Made by a program: the position numbers and the translations under genes. A stretch of DNA of 64,000 nt from Setoptus koraiensis (lineage: Eukaryota > Animalia > Arthropoda), in NCBI GenBank assembly GCA_048013815.1, contig CM106585.1:10168001-10232000 (forward strand). Direction: 5' to 3'. This document shows positions 60,976-64,000 of the stretch, piece after piece. Position 1 is the first letter of the stretch; every line of letters begins with the position of its first letter. A model generated the notes under the pieces. That model ran no database searches. It worked only from the letters and a program-made list of their open reading frames with translations, and was not told the origin of the DNA.

Positions 60976-62034
60976 GATTATTTATGCTGAAAAGTAATTT
61001 GTACCTTATTATCGATGAATCGAGACACTACTAGACTTTCGCAGAGCTTGATCGGCACTACTGACAAAAGAATAAAATATAATGGTGAACAGTAGATGAA
61101 TTTGATCAACTTTAGGCCAGGTGACATCGGTGATCGGGAGCTATAATTTTAGCTGTAAGTGTCGAAATAGCTGCAGTGACAAAATTAGCAGGAATCAATT
61201 TTATTTCAAGCATGAAATGACTCAGAAAATTTAAAGTGAAATTTTGCCCGCTCTATACTATGGTAGCTCTCATTTCGAGGCGATTGTGAGGTATCTTCGC
61301 CGAGTTGTAGTGCCGTAAACAGACGATTTCTCGACGGGTGGAAATTGGTCATGTTAACACACTCAAGTCACGTCATCCGCACTCCTTTGGCGTGACGCCT
61401 CACATTAATCGATAGTGGATCTGGTTGAGTGCCAAATTTACATAGTGCTGTAAACAAATTAATAAGCATCGTGCTAGATCGTCATCAAATCAGCGAGACC
61501 GCATTCAAACAATCTGTTGAGATGACAATATTTATACAAACGCAATCTATGTGGTGATTCGAAATCTCACATCAGATACGATTGTGCTTTCTCCGAACCT
61601 GGGCGGCCTGCAGGCTATTTCCTCTGTGCTCTGGTTCCGGCCATCTCACAATGGGTAATTGTTCGAGGTAACATTGATTCCTGAATTGGTGACAATAGAA
61701 TTGCCTCGAGGCCAGTTGAGCACATCAGAGATAGAGGGAGAGAGAGAGAGAGAGAGATTGTACGATTTCACTTCATTGAGCAACCAAAGACCGTTTAGGA
61801 TATCAATTAATGATTACAGGTAGATCTAGTATGGTCAGAGTAGCACTCTTGAGAGACGGACTTTGGCAAGACTCATCATTAATTAATTAGACCGCAAAAA
61901 TCCGTTAATGGATCCGCCAACTGACTGAATTGATGCTTAGGTAACAGATTTCAGTTTTGATGGCAATTGCTTCGTGCGATATTATAGAAACCCTGGCTCC
62001 TCAATCTGTCACATATCCGGTTTATGTTTTAACT

Positions 62035-62640
62035 GGGATACGGTCGTTTCAGAGACGTAAGTTTCAGCGAAGTACACTTCGGAGACGTATATTTCAGAGA
62101 ACGTCTATTTCAGCGAACGTATTTTCCAGAGAACGAATGTTTCAGCGACGGACATTTCATCGAATATGATTATTATATGATTATCATGATATCATATGAA
62201 TACGATACTTGACGACTGATTGATATTACTAATTGAACTACTCCTCTACTTCAGTCTCATCGTCATCTATTGAGAAGACAAAAGTAAATTTCAGATTGTG
62301 AGCTAGACTTTTTAGAAATTCAAGATTTTCTCGATTGCTTCGATCTTCATAAACAGATCTTATGCTTTGTTCGCGTCTAGCTAACGCTGTGTTTGGCGGG
62401 ATGAGCTGGCCGGACTCCAATTTTTCTATCATTATCATCACAGCATGATCTTCATCTCTAAACAATCCAACACGACCATAAACTCCAAGATGCTTATGGC
62501 CAGATAAGCAACCAAACCTGCAATACCACGCTTCCAATGCATTTTGAGTGCGAGGTAAGCTGCGATCCTTTAGTTCGCTCACTGACCACATCGCAGATGC
62601 GAATTGGGGACCACTTCCGGTTCCCCGAACATAGCAACGT
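62035..62640 (-). mobile_element. Truncated Mutator-like (MULE/Phantom-type) transposon: transposase C-terminus plus one terminus with subterminal repeats
   Basis: YVRG...PQF..MWSV...LPRTQNALEAWY.RF...HKHLG...FLKSLAHNL matches the C-terminal region of animal MULE transposases (PRTNNxxEGWH...LRxIAHNL). Eight 15-16-bp (G/A)TTTCAG(A/C)GA(A)CGT repeats at 62046-62168. The 5' part is missing (in-frame stop upstream). Confidence 0.75.
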
Positions 62641-62855
62641 AATAATTATACTACCATAATTTGATCATGCATGCACATTCAAACAATTGATAGAACTTTG
62701 AGAGGATGGATCGCCTGACATAGCTGAGAACGTACTATAAACCTCAATGAGTTGCACCCTCTATATGCATGTCTTTATTGTGAATATTTATCGGATTCCT
62801 ATAGTGTGAGCGTGGCGGTTTTGACTAGTTTACCGATGAATCGAAAGGAATTTGT

Positions 62856-64000
62856 TTATCTCAGATCTAGAGTGAAGGAGTATTGCAAGAATGTATACAC
62901 TGCTGTTGTGATCCACACAAAAATCTTTGATAGGAAAATAGTTTAGAAAAAAAGTTGATCGTTAATAATTGATGCCACAAGAGTTGGTACTGATAAGGAT
63001 TTGGATAAATGAGTTTGCAAGAAAGATCATTATGAAACTTACTGTAAGAAAACGATCGTGCTTGATTGCGAAAGTACGAAACAAGACAAATGATGTGGCC
63101 GATCTAGATCGGAGATGCTCCGAGGTCTCTGTCAATGCGGATCTATTTCGTGGCTTCAGCAAGGACTGAGCTGATAGCAATATTAAATTCTCATTGATGA
63201 TTTTGTACTAGAATCATTTTTTTGTTTGATGTTGAGATTAAATGAAAAACAAATGTTCTTACAATTAGAAGAGCGATGAAAAATGATGAGAAAAGAGCAG
63301 TGAAGTAGACTGATCATTGTGCGAAATTACCCTTCGCGACAGCTGGGACAGGAAGAATATTTGACAAAACACATTGATCACGTAGCTAATACCAGCAAAG
63401 CCAAAGACCAGAAAAGTGATAGCCAGCCGTCCGGAACATATCGCACAATTATAGGCACTGACCATTGAGCTTAGAACCCAAGTGCATGAGCACAATGACA
63501 TAAATACATCTAAATCGGTTCTATCGGTGAATACTTCTTTCAGTATTTTCATTTCATACAATAGTTGATGCAAAACTATCAACATTTTTTCGCATTCCTC
63601 ATCACATGTTTGCAATCGCCAACGAAGAGAATCATCAAATGAGGTCTTCTTGCGTTCTTTTGCTCGATCTTCCAGTGGATATGTTGGATATGTCATTTCT
63701 TTTTCATTAAGATATGCAGAGAATGCTGGATTTGAGGCAGTTAGATTTCGGAATGATAAGTCCCGCTCCCTCTTCAGAGTAAATCCAACACAGTTAATAG
63801 AGCGCCCATAATGTTGGTGATACGAAATTTTGATCATGTTTAGTTGCTCAATGAATTCTGTTAATTGAGTATTATAAATAGATAATCTATTAGCAAAAAC
63901 AATTGCCACTTCCATAAGGAAATAAGAATCTCCGAAACTAATCAAATGCAGGCATACACCCATAAATATGTAAGCAGTTTTCGACCAAGCCAACAAACCA
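62856..64000 (-). CDS. Gustatory-receptor-like 7TM chemoreceptor (paralog 2), 5'-partial at the window edge; exons >64000-63331, 63165-63043, 62924-62856
   Basis: HQLLYEMKILKEVFTDRTDLD aligns with HQLLFEFKLIKAQFTSRTDLD of paralog 1; 123-nt and 69-nt exons; last exon IFVWITTAVYTFLQYSFTLDLR. Confidence 0.8.

Noticed and set aside
62046-62168. Regularly spaced short repeats resembling a CRISPR array
   Set aside because: Units are contiguous 15-16-mers without unique spacers, there are no cas genes, the context is eukaryotic, and they abut a MULE transposase fragment.

Overview
Eukaryotic (arthropod, most likely a compact, intron-poor acariform mite genome; the taxon is inferred, not proven) 64 kb window with spliceosomal GT-AG introns. 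No rRNA, tRNA or CRISPR seen. From 1 to 18 kb: a partial Pax3/7-type gene (- strand) in a long microsatellite-rich non-coding tract, then HDHD1/PUDP, an Arg/Ser-rich ORF, DCLRE1A/SNM1 and ZFAND2B/AIRAPL. From 18 to 57 kb: a dense run of predicted secreted or membrane proteins, mostly unrecognisable. Its centrepiece is a 3-exon, ~3033-aa Ala/Gly/Ser-rich, silk/cement-like protein (25797-35452, -) with a signal peptide, non-repetitive termini and 27 furin-type R-X-K/R-R sites, 24 of them preceded by Gly. It reads as a polyprotein precursor of repeated structural peptides. The same stretch holds a signal-peptide-bearing M1 aminopeptidase, a CYP, an NRF-6 acyltransferase, two clearly homologous orphan Cys-patterned secreted proteins, a His/Glu-rich protein, a 6-Cys peptide, a glycine-zipper protein and a TA-flanked MITE. 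From 58 to 64 kb: a pre-miRNA-like hairpin and two tandem gustatory-receptor-like paralogs separated by a truncated Mutator-like transposon. Exon boundaries were derived by hand from splice consensus and phase matching and need RNA-seq confirmation.
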